The notes beneath the pieces were generated by a model, which was not told where the DNA came from, did no database searches, and saw nothing but the letters and a program-made list of their open reading frames with translations. Below, piece by piece: positions 37,233 through 47,710 of a stretch of 61,635 bases of DNA. The position numbers and the translations under genes are program-made. Position 1 is the first letter of the stretch. Every line of letters begins with the position of its first letter. This DNA comes from a virus (taxonomy: Duplodnaviria > Heunggongvirae > Uroviricota > Caudoviricetes): positions 64,001 to 125,635 of the IMG/VR virus record IMGVR_UViG_3300033049_000033; one strand, written 5' to 3'.

Positions 37233-38102
37233 ATGACTAAGAAAAAATTAAATATTAGACCAGTAGGTCTTAAAGGCCGAGAGGTCAACGAAAGAATGCT
37301 GGAACTTATGGATGCAACTCTAATAAAGGAAGGTGTAGACCGTGGAGTATTAGAAATTACTAAGAAAGGTCCTGACGGAAAAGTGTATGCAATCGTTCGT
37401 GAAAATAAATATTACTATATTAAAACTGCTGACATGAAAGAAGGTCTTGTAAAGGAAGACTTCAAATACATGGGTGGTCTGGCAAACAAGAAAGATTTCG
37501 CATATCCATCATATGCAAAAGCACTTAAACACTTAAACCTTAAGTTTCATTCACTTAATGAATCATTAGGACTTGTTAGTTCAGCTAATATCTTTCGAGA
37601 TGATGAAATTGTTGAGACTAATATGTCTTACAAAAATTATGGTCACGTAGAGTATGATGCTAATATTGTAGACAAGAAAGGTGAGAAGCTTTCTTCCGAT
37701 GGTGTATCTGATGCTGCTGAAGAAGGGGTAACTGGTGATAACCTTACCAAGAATAAAGGTAAAGGAAAGGCTGATAATGAGTTCGCTAAAGCCTCCGACC
37801 CAATATTCGAAGATAAGATTGAATTGACTGATGCGGAAAAGATTATAGAAGGTATGCTTACTGGTGAAGAAATTGTAATTCCTGAACCTGAAGCTGACTA
37901 TGTATTCGAAGGTAATAATATAACAGTTAAGAAGCCAATGAGTATTTCAACTACCATTGAAGCCATTGACGAGACTATTTACAAGGTAACTGGTGAAGGT
38001 ACTAAAGAAGCTATGAGTGAAGCTGCTAACATCCTTAGAGGATTGAAGAAGGAAGAGGTCATCGCTGTCTTAGAAACCATTACTGGTAAAAAAAAAGTCT
38101 AA
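37233..38102 (+). CDS. late head-associated hypothetical protein (frame 0 part)
   Basis: 289 aa ending GGT AAA AAA AAA GTC TAA; IKEG and LNES motifs. Confidence 0.8.
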   Translation: MTKKKLNIRPVGLKGREVNERMLELMDATLIKEGVDRGVLEITKKGPDGKVYAIVRENKYYYIKTADMKEGLVKEDFKYMGGLANKKDFAYPSYAKALKHLNLKFHSLNESLGLVSSANIFRDDEIVETNMSYKNYGHVEYDANIVDKKGEKLSSDGVSDAAEEGVTGDNLTKNKGKGKADNEFAKASDPIFEDKIELTDAEKIIEGMLTGEEIVIPEPEADYVFEGNNITVKKPMSISTTIEAIDETIYKVTGEGTKEAMSEAANILRGLKKEEVIAVLETITGKKKV

Positions 38103-38848
38103 CCGAGACTAAGTACAAGCTTAAAATTGATAATCCAGCGCCTGTTCCAGAAATGGGTGACGATGGATTAGGTGGAGGTGGATTTGACGAGCCTACAACC
38201 GATAAGCCGTTTAATGACGAACCGTTCGAGGCTGGTGTAGAGGCCGATGAAACCGAAGACCCAAAACAGTACATCCAACAATTGGCTGGCAAAATTGGCC
38301 AATCCCTTAGAAAATATGAAAAAGATATAGGTGACCCAGACTTTGAATTAGAGAAGTTTGTGGTCAATTCTGTATTATCGGCAACCAATACTGGTGAGAT
38401 GGATTCTGAAGACCAAAAGGATATTATTACTAAAGTTAAATCTAGTGGTCTTGATAATGGAGGAGGAGATGACGTTGATGTGAATATTGATGCTGGTGGT
38501 GATGAAGAGGTTGATGTGAATATTGATGAGCCTGCTCCAGAGCCAGAAATGGAAGAAGGATTAGTGGAAGCTGGTAATAAAGACTTGCAAACGTCAGATG
38601 AAATCGGTAACTTTGTAAAAGGAATACAAGCTTTAATGCAAAAAGGTGCAGAAGGTGGGATGGAAGAAACAATAGGTATACATAACAACGAAGAGGATAC
38701 AAGAGATGATTTAGATTTAGGTTTAGATAATATTCCAGTTGTAGAGCCTGAAGTTAAACCCATAGTAAAGCCAACGAGACGTAGGTCTCCTTTTACCCCA
38801 CCTGATAAGAAGCCTAAAGTTGACCCTAAACCTAAATTTGGAGTATGA
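38090..38848 (+). CDS. acidic -1 frame extension of the 37233 protein (or separate ORF from ATG 38153)
   Basis: The -1 frame is open from the A9 run: KKSLTETKYKLKIDNPAPVPEMGDD... Confidence 0.7.
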   Translation, partial: KKSLTETKYKLKIDNPAPVPEMGDDGLGGGGFDEPTTDKPFNDEPFEAGVEADETEDPKQYIQQLAGKIGQSLRKYEKDIGDPDFELEKFVVNSVLSATNTGEMDSEDQKDIITKVKSSGLDNGGGDDVDVNIDAGGDEEVDVNIDEPAPEPEMEEGLVEAGNKDLQTSDEIGNFVKGIQALMQKGAEGGMEETIGIHNNEEDTRDDLDLGLDNIPVVEPEVKPIVKPTRRRSPFTPPDKKPKVDPKPKFGV

Positions 38849-39255
38849 AACTAATATTTGTTAGAAAAATAGGTGAAGAATGGAATGGGAAATATATTTA
38901 CGAATTTATTTTCGCAAAGGATAGTGAAGGTGTAGATGGTGAGGGTTGGGATGCTTACCCTGCAAGTGGTAATCCCGAACCACCAGAAGAGACATATGTT
39001 GATAAAGTGGGCAGAGTAGAGACTTCCGCTTTCAATCTTAAGTGTGTTCAAGATAGCGATTCTTTTGCAGTCTGGGATGCCGTAGACGGAGTAGTAGCAT
39101 TGGCACATGAGGATATTACTGATTATGATGAATATCCTGAACATAGAATTAAATTCTTTTATGGTGACGATGAAGAGATAGTTTGTGACACCTTATACGC
39201 TAGAGACATAATTATAGAATGGAAATACGAAAAGAAAAATGAAATTAACGAATAA
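38845..39255 (+). CDS. hypothetical protein in the head module
   Basis: 136 aa, ATGA coupling. Confidence 0.75.
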   Translation: MKLIFVRKIGEEWNGKYIYEFIFAKDSEGVDGEGWDAYPASGNPEPPEETYVDKVGRVETSAFNLKCVQDSDSFAVWDAVDGVVALAHEDITDYDEYPEHRIKFFYGDDEEIVCDTLYARDIIIEWKYEKKNEINE

Positions 39256-39631
39256 AATAGCCCAAACCTTAAGAGAAGCCACAGTTAGTAGTACTATGGG
39301 TGATGATAATACCACCACAGTCGTAGCTAGCGCTAATAATCTAACTAAAACACTTAAAGATGTTGAATCTTCTAGGAAGCAAGGAGGTGGGGATGTTGAG
39401 GTAGAGGTTATGGATGAGAATATTGGTGACGATTTAGAATCTGTAGACAGAGGAGCAGATATGGGTGAGGAAGGTGAAGAGGCTCATGAAGAAGAAGAAG
39501 ACTTAAAGAATCAAGTCGCTATGGATGAGGTTGTAGCTAAGATGAGTAAGGGAGATTTAGAGAAATTAATTGAGACTAAGATTAGACCTAAGAAGCGAAT
39601 AATTAAGGTTGGAGACCTAAAGAGAAAGTAA
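39239..39631 (+). CDS. acidic hypothetical protein
   Basis: 130 aa. Confidence 0.7.
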   Translation: MKLTNKIAQTLREATVSSTMGDDNTTTVVASANNLTKTLKDVESSRKQGGGDVEVEVMDENIGDDLESVDRGADMGEEGEEAHEEEEDLKNQVAMDEVVAKMSKGDLEKLIETKIRPKKRIIKVGDLKRK

Positions 39632-40887
39632 TGGGTAAGAATTATAAAGATATTGCACGTAAAGCTCTTAGAATGGCTACGGAGAACAAGAATATTCTTA
39701 ATGAAGGGTTTGGATATCCAGAAGGTATGATGGAAAGAATCCACCCCACAATTGAGAAGAATATCATTGAGCGTAAAACCGCTATTGGTGACCACCCTGC
39801 ATTACCTAAAGGTGGTGTTAGAGGTTTCGACCAAAAGTTACTATTAGACCGTTTTTGTGAGGTGGTTAATCGGTATAAAGAAGCCTTTGAGGTTGAACAA
39901 ATAGATGATGAATCCATTAATGCAGAAATGCACCAATTACTTATGGATTGTCAGATGACTGAGCAGCCACATAAAAAGGCATTGGTCGAGTTGGCCGTGA
40001 ATATGGTCAGAGAGGAGTTTGATATGGATGAGGATATGGTTGATATTGAGGCTGATATCACTGAACAAATATCGCTAAGTCCAAATTTAGATAGAGAAAC
40101 TTCAGACGAGGAGTTTGAGATGGAATATGAAAGCCATGAAGATATAGATAGTTCTGAAAAAGAAGTAATGAAGAGACGTATGATTAATGCTCTTATTCAA
40201 GGCGCATCTATGAAGACTAATCATATGTTCAATTTAGTTAACGATGAATTAATGGAGCTGAACCCCACATTGTCAGGTAAATATAAAAAACTTATGGCAT
40301 CTGCTGACTATAGCTACTTTAAGAACTTAGCACCAGCAAGTGGTAATCATACCGCAGGTGGTGTATGTAATATCGAATCAGATGGTGAGAAACCTAAAAT
40401 CATTGCCGAAGCATTAACATTCCCAGTATTGATTCATGAATTGGTTAAGGGTATTATGGAATTGATTTCATTGCATGGATTTACCGAAGACGACCAACTT
40501 AACGAATTCGTTATGAGTCAAGCTGATTTCACTGGTGCAGAACCAAGTGATATGAGAATGGGACCTGCTCTATGGGGAAAATTCACTGGAGCGATTGACG
40601 CTGAAGATAATAAGTATAAACATCACATATACCATAATTTAATTTCTAAGCCCGTAGACGAGTTTAATGAGTGTCTTAGAGAGATATTTGCAGGTACCAA
40701 GAGAGGTAAGAAGTTGATAGAGGATATGGTAGACGAAGTTAAATCCAATATTGAACTTGACGAGATGGCAGAAATTACAGAGGAAGGTGGAGAGTCTTTC
40801 GAGGATATTCAAGCTACTCAGAAACAACTAAGAGACCTACTAAATCGAGACGATTTCGATGATATATTAGGTGGCATGATAGGCTAA
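39631..40887 (+). CDS. hypothetical protein immediately upstream of terminase
   Basis: 418 aa; PVLIHELVKG zincin-like HExxK. Confidence 0.8.
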   Translation: MGKNYKDIARKALRMATENKNILNEGFGYPEGMMERIHPTIEKNIIERKTAIGDHPALPKGGVRGFDQKLLLDRFCEVVNRYKEAFEVEQIDDESINAEMHQLLMDCQMTEQPHKKALVELAVNMVREEFDMDEDMVDIEADITEQISLSPNLDRETSDEEFEMEYESHEDIDSSEKEVMKRRMINALIQGASMKTNHMFNLVNDELMELNPTLSGKYKKLMASADYSYFKNLAPASGNHTAGGVCNIESDGEKPKIIAEALTFPVLIHELVKGIMELISLHGFTEDDQLNEFVMSQADFTGAEPSDMRMGPALWGKFTGAIDAEDNKYKHHIYHNLISKPVDEFNECLREIFAGTKRGKKLIEDMVDEVKSNIELDEMAEITEEGGESFEDIQATQKQLRDLLNRDDFDDILGGMIG

Positions 40888-40931
40888 AATAGTCAATTCC
40901 ATGTATTCAGCATATTTATATATAAAAAAGT

Positions 40932-42758
40932 ATGCTAACATCCTCCGAAATATTAACGGAATACGGTAAGTGCGTTTTAGACTCAACCTATCCCATTCAA
41001 ACGTTTTTTAAGACATTTGACAAAACCCAAAATGGGTTTGTTCCATTCAAATTATTTCCAAAACAAGTCGAAATTATCCACGACTATGAGGAATACCGAA
41101 TGAACTTAGTTACCAAGCCAAGACAGGCTGGTATATCCACAACTACAGCCGCATTCCTTGCGGTAGTCGTAGGGTTTGCAAGCAAAGACAACCCAGAAGC
41201 GATTCTAATTGTTGCTAATAAGCAAGATATGGCCTTCGAATTTCTTGGTAAGGTTAAAGATTTTATAAATCAATTACCTAGATGGGTATGGGGTTCCGAA
41301 TATTACGGTACCCCCGAAAAAGAAAAGAAGAAATTATTTGATACTGAATCTAAAAAGGAAATTAGACTTCCTAATGGCTCAAGACTAAAGGCAGTTGCGA
41401 CATCTCCAGATGCATTGCGTGGGTATACTCCTACATACTTAATCATGGATGAGGCTGCATTTATTGATAATGGAGCAGAGCTATTCGCTGCTGCCCTTAC
41501 TTCACTTGGTACTGGTGGACGAGCAACACTCATTTCAACCCCAAATGGGCAAGACCCACTATATTACGAAACATACGAGAATGCCAAGCCAGGAGAACAC
41601 TGTAATGGTTTTAACGTAATTGAAATGCGTTGGTATCAAGATTTAAGATACAATAAAGACCTTAGTTGGTGGAAATGGGCTGACGAAAACAAGACCAATA
41701 AGATTGTAGTCTTAGAGACCAAATTCACGTTTGAATCATACGATAAAATGGTTAAGGACGGATACAAACCAACTTCAAGCTGGTATGAAGAAATGTGTAG
41801 AGCAATGAATAATGATAAACGTATGATTGCTCAAGAACTTGATGTATCATTCCTTGGCTCTGGTGGTAACGTAGTTGATGAAGAGTATATTGAGCATCAC
41901 AAGACTGTTAACGTCATGGAACCAGAGTGGTATGATGATAAGGATAATGTAACTTGGATATGGCAACAACCAATTGAAGACCACGAATATATCTTATCTT
42001 CCGATGTTTCTAGGGGTGATGGTGAAGACTGGTCTACATTCACTATTATTGATTTCACGACAATGGAACAAGTAGTGGAATATCGTGCCAAAGTACCGCC
42101 AGACAAATTAGCACTAATTTTAGACGAATATGGTAGATTATACGGTAACGCATTATTAATTGTAGATATTACGGGTGGTATGGGTACAACCACCACTCTT
42201 AAGCTACAAGAAATGAAGTATCCTAACCTTTACTACGAAGAAAGGGTTAAACCTCTTAAAAAAAGAAAAGAAGAAGGAAAATATCACGAAAGGAATGAAA
42301 CTCCAGGATTCCAAGTTGGCGCTGATAGAAGCAGATTAGTTGCCCAATTTGAAAAGATGATTAGAATTAACTGTGACGAAGGTGCCGATAAAGGTATTAA
42401 AATTAGGTCTAGTAGAATAATCACTGAATTGAACACATTTATTTATAAAAATGGTAGACCTGACCATGCTACGGGTAAGCATGATGACCTTATTATGGCA
42501 ATGGCAATGGCACTATTCGTTATGGAATTCTCTTTTAAGAGATTGAAAGCGTTTAAGTCTAAAACAAAGAACATGTTAGCAAGTTGGGTTATGAATGCTG
42601 CTGACCCAATTGAGGTGGAGGTCACTAAAGGTTCGGGGTTCGTACCGAAGGGCGCTAAGAAAGCTACAGGAAGGCCACCAGCGTTTAATAGGAATGTAAG
42701 TAAAAACATGCAAGACCCAGAAGGTAAATATTTGTGGCTTTTCAGTGGTACACGATGA
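40932..42758 (+). CDS. terL: terminase large subunit (T4 gp17-like)
   Basis: KPRQAGIST Walker A, LIMDEAAF Walker B, LISTPNG, SSDVSRGDGED and HDDLIMA nuclease motifs. Confidence 0.95.
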   Translation: MLTSSEILTEYGKCVLDSTYPIQTFFKTFDKTQNGFVPFKLFPKQVEIIHDYEEYRMNLVTKPRQAGISTTTAAFLAVVVGFASKDNPEAILIVANKQDMAFEFLGKVKDFINQLPRWVWGSEYYGTPEKEKKKLFDTESKKEIRLPNGSRLKAVATSPDALRGYTPTYLIMDEAAFIDNGAELFAAALTSLGTGGRATLISTPNGQDPLYYETYENAKPGEHCNGFNVIEMRWYQDLRYNKDLSWWKWADENKTNKIVVLETKFTFESYDKMVKDGYKPTSSWYEEMCRAMNNDKRMIAQELDVSFLGSGGNVVDEEYIEHHKTVNVMEPEWYDDKDNVTWIWQQPIEDHEYILSSDVSRGDGEDWSTFTIIDFTTMEQVVEYRAKVPPDKLALILDEYGRLYGNALLIVDITGGMGTTTTLKLQEMKYPNLYYEERVKPLKKRKEEGKYHERNETPGFQVGADRSRLVAQFEKMIRINCDEGADKGIKIRSSRIITELNTFIYKNGRPDHATGKHDDLIMAMAMALFVMEFSFKRLKAFKSKTKNMLASWVMNAADPIEVEVTKGSGFVPKGAKKATGRPPAFNRNVSKNMQDPEGKYLWLFSGTR

Positions 42759-42779
42759 TATTTAGATAAAAGGAATAAG

Positions 42780-43007
42780 ATGGCACAAGAAAAGACATTT
42801 ACTAGAAAGAATTACGGAACACTGTATAAGTGGAGTGTGAGGACTGGACTGCAAGGTCGTAAAGGAATAAAACAAACGAGTATTGGGTGTACGGCTATTA
42901 TTGGAAGTCAAGGACAAGATTGGTTGACAGGGTATGTCTATAATAAAGTAGTTGTAGATGGCCAATTACAAAGATTAGCGTATGTACAATGCGGATACGC
43001 ACAGTAA
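42780..43007 (+). CDS. hypothetical protein
   Basis: 75 aa between terminase and portal. Confidence 0.6.
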   Translation: MAQEKTFTRKNYGTLYKWSVRTGLQGRKGIKQTSIGCTAIIGSQGQDWLTGYVYNKVVVDGQLQRLAYVQCGYAQ

Positions 43008-43052
43008 GTCTTTAGTTTCCAGACAAATCACCTATATTAAGAAGAAAAAGCA

Positions 43053-45134
43053 ATGGCTAAACAACAATTAACGGTATTTCAACGATTGAATAAAATTACT
43101 ACGCCTAATGGTTTTGAACCAGAGAAAGCGAAAAGTAATAAGTATAATATCGGTAATGGTGAGTTATTAAGAACTTCATCAAAAGAGGAATATGAAGCTA
43201 AGGCTTTACAAGCCAAACAAAATAAATATTTAGGACAGGTGTGGGGTAAGGTTGAAGACAACCTTTTTCAACAATCTATTCAATATGAAATGACCAGAAT
43301 TGGGGCGTACTCCGATTTTGAGAATATGGAGTTCTACCCTGAGATTGCGGCAACGTTAGATATTCTTATGGAAGAATCTACAACTGTTAATGATGTTGGT
43401 CGGGTACTGAATATTTATTCAGATAGCCCAAGAGTTAAGGGTATTCTTGAAGACTTATTCTTTAACAGAATGGATATTCATACTACTCTTCCTATGTGGG
43501 TACGAAACATGTGTAAATATGGAGATAATTTTCTATATCTCAATATCACAGATACTAAAGGTATCATCAGTGTAAAACAACTACCAAATTTCGAAATGGA
43601 AAGACGAGAAGGTGGGGTATATGATGTTATCACTGCTAAACTTAATAGTAGTGAAGGCGGTGGAACAACTGAAGAAGAAAGAGCCAATGCAGGTAAAGAA
43701 GAGAAAGTAAGATTCTTCTGGAGAGGTAGAGACTTAGAGTTCCAAGCATGGCAAATTGCTCACTTTCGTTTATTAGGAGATGATAGGCGATTACCATATG
43801 GAACAAGTGTACTTGAAAAGGCTAGAAGAATCTGGAAACAATTACTTTTAGCCGAAGATGCGATGCTTGTGTATCGTGTCACTAGGGCACCTGAGCGTAG
43901 AGTATATAAAGTTTACGTAGGTAACATTGATGAAGAAGACGTACAAGCCTATGTAAACGATATTGCGGACAACTTTAAACGGGCAAGTGTAGTTGACTCA
44001 CAAACAGGTCAAGTCGACCTTAGATTTAACCAATTAGCTAATGACCAAGACATTTTCATCCCAGTCAGGGATGAAAATGCTGCAACCCCTATTGATACTC
44101 TTCCAGGTGCTCAAAATTTAGACCAAATCGCAGATATTGAATACCTTCAAAGAAAGTTATTCACATCATTAAGGGTTCCTAAATCTTTTCTAGGATTTGA
44201 TGACCCAGTTGGTGACGGAAAGAATTTGGCGTTGATGGATATTCGATTTGCTAGAACTATTAACAGGTTACAACAATCGATTATTCAAGAACTAAATAAG
44301 ATGGCTATTATCCACCTATATCTATTAGGTTTTGATGACGACTTAGATAATTTCACCATCACAATGAATAATCCTTCAACTCAAGCCAAGATGCTTAGGG
44401 TTGAGAATTTACAACAACAATTCACTGCAATTCAAACTGCGGTAGCTGATGCTGGAAATGGATTTGGTATTATGTCGATGACAAGAGCTAGGAGAGAAAT
44501 TCTAGGGTGGAGTAATGAAGAAATTAAACAAGACTTACTTGAACAAAGAATGGAGAAAGCGGCTGCTGCTGAATTGGCCAATACTGCGGCTGTTATCAAA
44601 AATACAGGGTTCTTTGATAAGGTTGACAAATTGTACGGAGATATTGAGATTGCAAAGGAGGGTGGCCAAGTTGGTGAAGAGGGTGGTGATGGCGGTCCTG
44701 CTGGTGGTGGTGGATTCGGTGGTGGCGGCATGGGTGGAGAAGATATCGACTTTGGCGATGAGGATGTAGAATTAGAGGATGAAGGTGGTGATAATTTTGG
44801 TGGGGAAGAAGGAGCTGAAGACTTTGGAACTGATGCTGGTGGTGATGAAGGAGCTGAAGAAGCGATACCAGAAATGGGAGAAAGCCTTAAACGGGCTGGA
44901 AAGCTCTTAAATGAAGAGAAAATAATATTAGCTAATAAGTTACAAAATATTAGAACCAACCGACAAGACATTTGGATGAATGTCTTGATGAAGTCCTTGG
45001 TAGATAAAAAGGAAAAAACCATCAACGAAAATAAGATTAAGATGACTGACAGGGGATTACGAATTAATAATGATATTGACGGGGTGTTAGGTAGTATCGA
45101 TAAGTTATTAAGTGGTCGGGAGGTAAAGGACTAA
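43053..45134 (+). CDS. portal protein (T4 gp20-like) with long acidic/Gly-rich C-terminus
   Basis: YPEIAATLD, CKYGDNF, YRVTRAPERRVY, TLPGAQNL, LRVPKSFL. Confidence 0.93.
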   Translation: MAKQQLTVFQRLNKITTPNGFEPEKAKSNKYNIGNGELLRTSSKEEYEAKALQAKQNKYLGQVWGKVEDNLFQQSIQYEMTRIGAYSDFENMEFYPEIAATLDILMEESTTVNDVGRVLNIYSDSPRVKGILEDLFFNRMDIHTTLPMWVRNMCKYGDNFLYLNITDTKGIISVKQLPNFEMERREGGVYDVITAKLNSSEGGGTTEEERANAGKEEKVRFFWRGRDLEFQAWQIAHFRLLGDDRRLPYGTSVLEKARRIWKQLLLAEDAMLVYRVTRAPERRVYKVYVGNIDEEDVQAYVNDIADNFKRASVVDSQTGQVDLRFNQLANDQDIFIPVRDENAATPIDTLPGAQNLDQIADIEYLQRKLFTSLRVPKSFLGFDDPVGDGKNLALMDIRFARTINRLQQSIIQELNKMAIIHLYLLGFDDDLDNFTITMNNPSTQAKMLRVENLQQQFTAIQTAVADAGNGFGIMSMTRARREILGWSNEEIKQDLLEQRMEKAAAAELANTAAVIKNTGFFDKVDKLYGDIEIAKEGGQVGEEGGDGGPAGGGGFGGGGMGGEDIDFGDEDVELEDEGGDNFGGEEGAEDFGTDAGGDEGAEEAIPEMGESLKRAGKLLNEEKIILANKLQNIRTNRQDIWMNVLMKSLVDKKEKTINENKIKMTDRGLRINNDIDGVLGSIDKLLSGREVKD

Positions 45135-45180
45135 TAGTCTTTTACTTGTATAGGTGTCTATTTAATAGAAAAGATTAATT

Positions 45181-45945
45181 ATGCAAAATTTTGGTGAATT
45201 AAATCATATAGTTATGGAATTTTTAGCGGAAGGTGTTTCAACCAACAAAAAGTCCAACAAAAAGTTATTCAAGAAGTTCATGAGAACTCTTAAAGAAAAT
45301 AAAGTTTTGAGAGATGAATTTCTAGTTTATAATAATCTTCAGAATAAGTTTGGTGGTAGCGATACTAACATCTCAGAGTTTATTCAAGAGAATATTAGAC
45401 TTATGGAAATACATAGTAAAAAACAAATTGAGGAGGCAAACATTAAGTTGAGTGATTTGTTAGCAGTTGCTAACATCGAATACCCCGATAACCCATTAGC
45501 AAAATTACATGAAGCTATCCACCAATTAATGATTATTAAGGCTAACCTTAAGAATGTTGATGATAGACTTAACGCTAAAGATGTTATAGTTGAGTACATT
45601 AAAAATAATAAACCAGTCGAGAAAGGTGGTGATTATATACCAACAGACCTTATGACCAAGATTATGGTTGGTAATTTCAACAGGAAATATGAAAAACTGA
45701 ACGAGGATACTAAGAGTCTTCTAAAGAAAGTTATAAATTCACCTGCCGAAGAACGGGAAGCAATATTTGTAGAGCTGGTAAGAGAGTGTGTAGATTTGGT
45801 CAACGAAAATATTATCGAGGCGAATTTAACTGTAAAGGAAAAACTTCTTTCAACGAAAGATAAGTTACTAAGGTTAAAATATGATGGAGAGACTTTCATA
45901 ATGGAGGCCGCAAAGTTGCTAAACCTCAAGGTGACCCTAAAATAA
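45181..45945 (+). CDS. helical hypothetical protein in the head module
   Basis: 254 aa, TATTTA upstream. Confidence 0.8.
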   Translation: MQNFGELNHIVMEFLAEGVSTNKKSNKKLFKKFMRTLKENKVLRDEFLVYNNLQNKFGGSDTNISEFIQENIRLMEIHSKKQIEEANIKLSDLLAVANIEYPDNPLAKLHEAIHQLMIIKANLKNVDDRLNAKDVIVEYIKNNKPVEKGGDYIPTDLMTKIMVGNFNRKYEKLNEDTKSLLKKVINSPAEEREAIFVELVRECVDLVNENIIEANLTVKEKLLSTKDKLLRLKYDGETFIMEAAKLLNLKVTLK

Positions 45946-45951
45946 ATTATA

Positions 45952-46335
45952 ATGAATGACAGTTTCAATGATGATGTCATAACTACGAGTATTAAGTTTT
46001 CTAGTACAGAATTAATAAACGAAACGTCTTATGACCAGTGGAGTACAGTGACAATCTGTGAAGATGCTGTATGTAAGAGAATAAAAACCCCTAAAGACTA
46101 TAATGGTTTTTTAGTCAGGTATGAAACTGGCGCAAGAACAGTCAGACATGAAAATCATAATGAGTATGAAATCCTAGATATTCGAGTTGGTAGCATTCGT
46201 AACACTATTACGAATGAAGTATATCACGAGGGAGATACCATTATGTTCACTAAGGGTGAGGAGCATGAGCTTATATGTGAAGAAGAAGCCTATGTTTACT
46301 GTGTAATGTCCAAGAAACAGAGGCAGTTAGGTTAA
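45952..46335 (+). CDS. cupin-fold protein
   Basis: HENHNEYEILDIRVGSI...EGDTIMFTKGEEHEL. Confidence 0.65.
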   Translation: MNDSFNDDVITTSIKFSSTELINETSYDQWSTVTICEDAVCKRIKTPKDYNGFLVRYETGARTVRHENHNEYEILDIRVGSIRNTITNEVYHEGDTIMFTKGEEHELICEEEAYVYCVMSKKQRQLG

Positions 46336-46384
46336 CCACTTAAAGTACTTGATTAAGTCCTTTTTTTTGCTTATATTTAAAAGT

Positions 46385-46828
46385 ATGAAAAAGAAAGGTA
46401 AGAAATTTATATTTGCGGAGATTGAGGGTGGTGATAATTTCTCTATGTCATATGGTACGGTTGACAAAACAACAGATTCATCAGTATATTTAGATATTAC
46501 ATCTTGGGTAGAGCCGCTATTTGAGGATAGCGAAGATGCAGGTGCTCATATTAAGAGCATACGTAAATCAATTAAAACATGCGTATTCGAGAATGCGCCA
46601 AAAGAATTTAATAAGAACATGTTCATTGTCGACTTAGATTTGAGAGAGTCGGGTATTCATGTAGGTAAGAAAAGTTTCATGTCAATTGATATAACACTTT
46701 ACACGAACGTAAAGATTAATGAGATATGGAACAACCAATCATGTACCAAGATGCTCACACATGTCTTTACAATGCTTCTAAACGACTATTCAGATAAGTT
46801 CGTATTCCACAAAAGTAAGAAAACGTAA
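46385..46828 (+). CDS. hypothetical protein
   Basis: MKKKGKK... likely start. Confidence 0.7.
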   Translation: MKKKGKKFIFAEIEGGDNFSMSYGTVDKTTDSSVYLDITSWVEPLFEDSEDAGAHIKSIRKSIKTCVFENAPKEFNKNMFIVDLDLRESGIHVGKKSFMSIDITLYTNVKINEIWNNQSCTKMLTHVFTMLLNDYSDKFVFHKSKKT

Positions 46829-46867
46829 TCTTTACTCCCATTCAACATATTTATAAAAAAAGCGAAT

Positions 46868-47566
46868 ATGTTGGAATTAAGTACATTAAGGGCTGGAGAG
46901 ATAGGAACGGGATATTTAATCGAGCAAGATGCTGGATACATATCTCCAAGTGATGAGAGGAACTTACCTTTTATTAATGAGATAAAGAATTTAGAGAGAG
47001 GTAAACAAGTTATTGTCGAACCACTATACGTATATGCCGTACTACAGAAGTATGGTATCAAAAATAGAAACGGTAGGGTATATCCAGAGGCCGTTCTACG
47101 AACGCAAGAACAAGCGTATCAACAATTAATTCAAGAAAAACGGGCATTAGGAGAATTAGACCACCCCGAATCATCAATCATTTCAGGAAGTAAAGTATCA
47201 CATAACATCGTAGAGATGTGGTGGGAAGGTAATACTCTTATGGGTAAACTTGAGATATTAATGACACCAGGATTTGTTAATCTGGGAATCGCATCTACAA
47301 TGGGAGACCATGTTGCAAATTTATTAAGACTTGGCATAAAGGTAGGTGTATCATCAAGAGGTGTTGGTTCGGTTGAAGATGTTCAAGGTGTACAACTAGT
47401 ACAATCAGATTTCGAATTAATCTGTTGGGATGTCGTTACGAACCCAAGTACTCCAGGTTCTTGGATATTCAATTCACCAAACGAAAAAGCCGAATATCAA
47501 GAAAACGTAGAAATCATCAAGCCCAGTTTGCTTGAGGGTGGATTAGACAAATTTTTATTGAACTAA
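46868..47566 (+). CDS. prohead protease (T4 gp21-like)
   Basis: NRNGRVYP, ALGELDHP, GVSSRGVGS, WDVVTNPSTPG. Confidence 0.93.
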   Translation: MLELSTLRAGEIGTGYLIEQDAGYISPSDERNLPFINEIKNLERGKQVIVEPLYVYAVLQKYGIKNRNGRVYPEAVLRTQEQAYQQLIQEKRALGELDHPESSIISGSKVSHNIVEMWWEGNTLMGKLEILMTPGFVNLGIASTMGDHVANLLRLGIKVGVSSRGVGSVEDVQGVQLVQSDFELICWDVVTNPSTPGSWIFNSPNEKAEYQENVEIIKPSLLEGGLDKFLLN

Positions 47567-47710
47567 GAACAAATTTCGAAAGTCTATAGACTTTCGTTGG
47601 TTTGTAAGCTATTTATATTCAGGACGATAAATCTAAATTTTTAGACTTTTGCTCTAAGACGATATATTTATCTAGTAGAAAATAAAAACTTTCTAAATCC
47701 AACATTTAAA

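Noticed and set aside
44432-45025. Long antisense ORFs (also 38080-38763, 47668-48327, 56953-57420 and similar)
   Set aside because: Ser/Pro-rich shadows of acidic or Gly-rich sense genes
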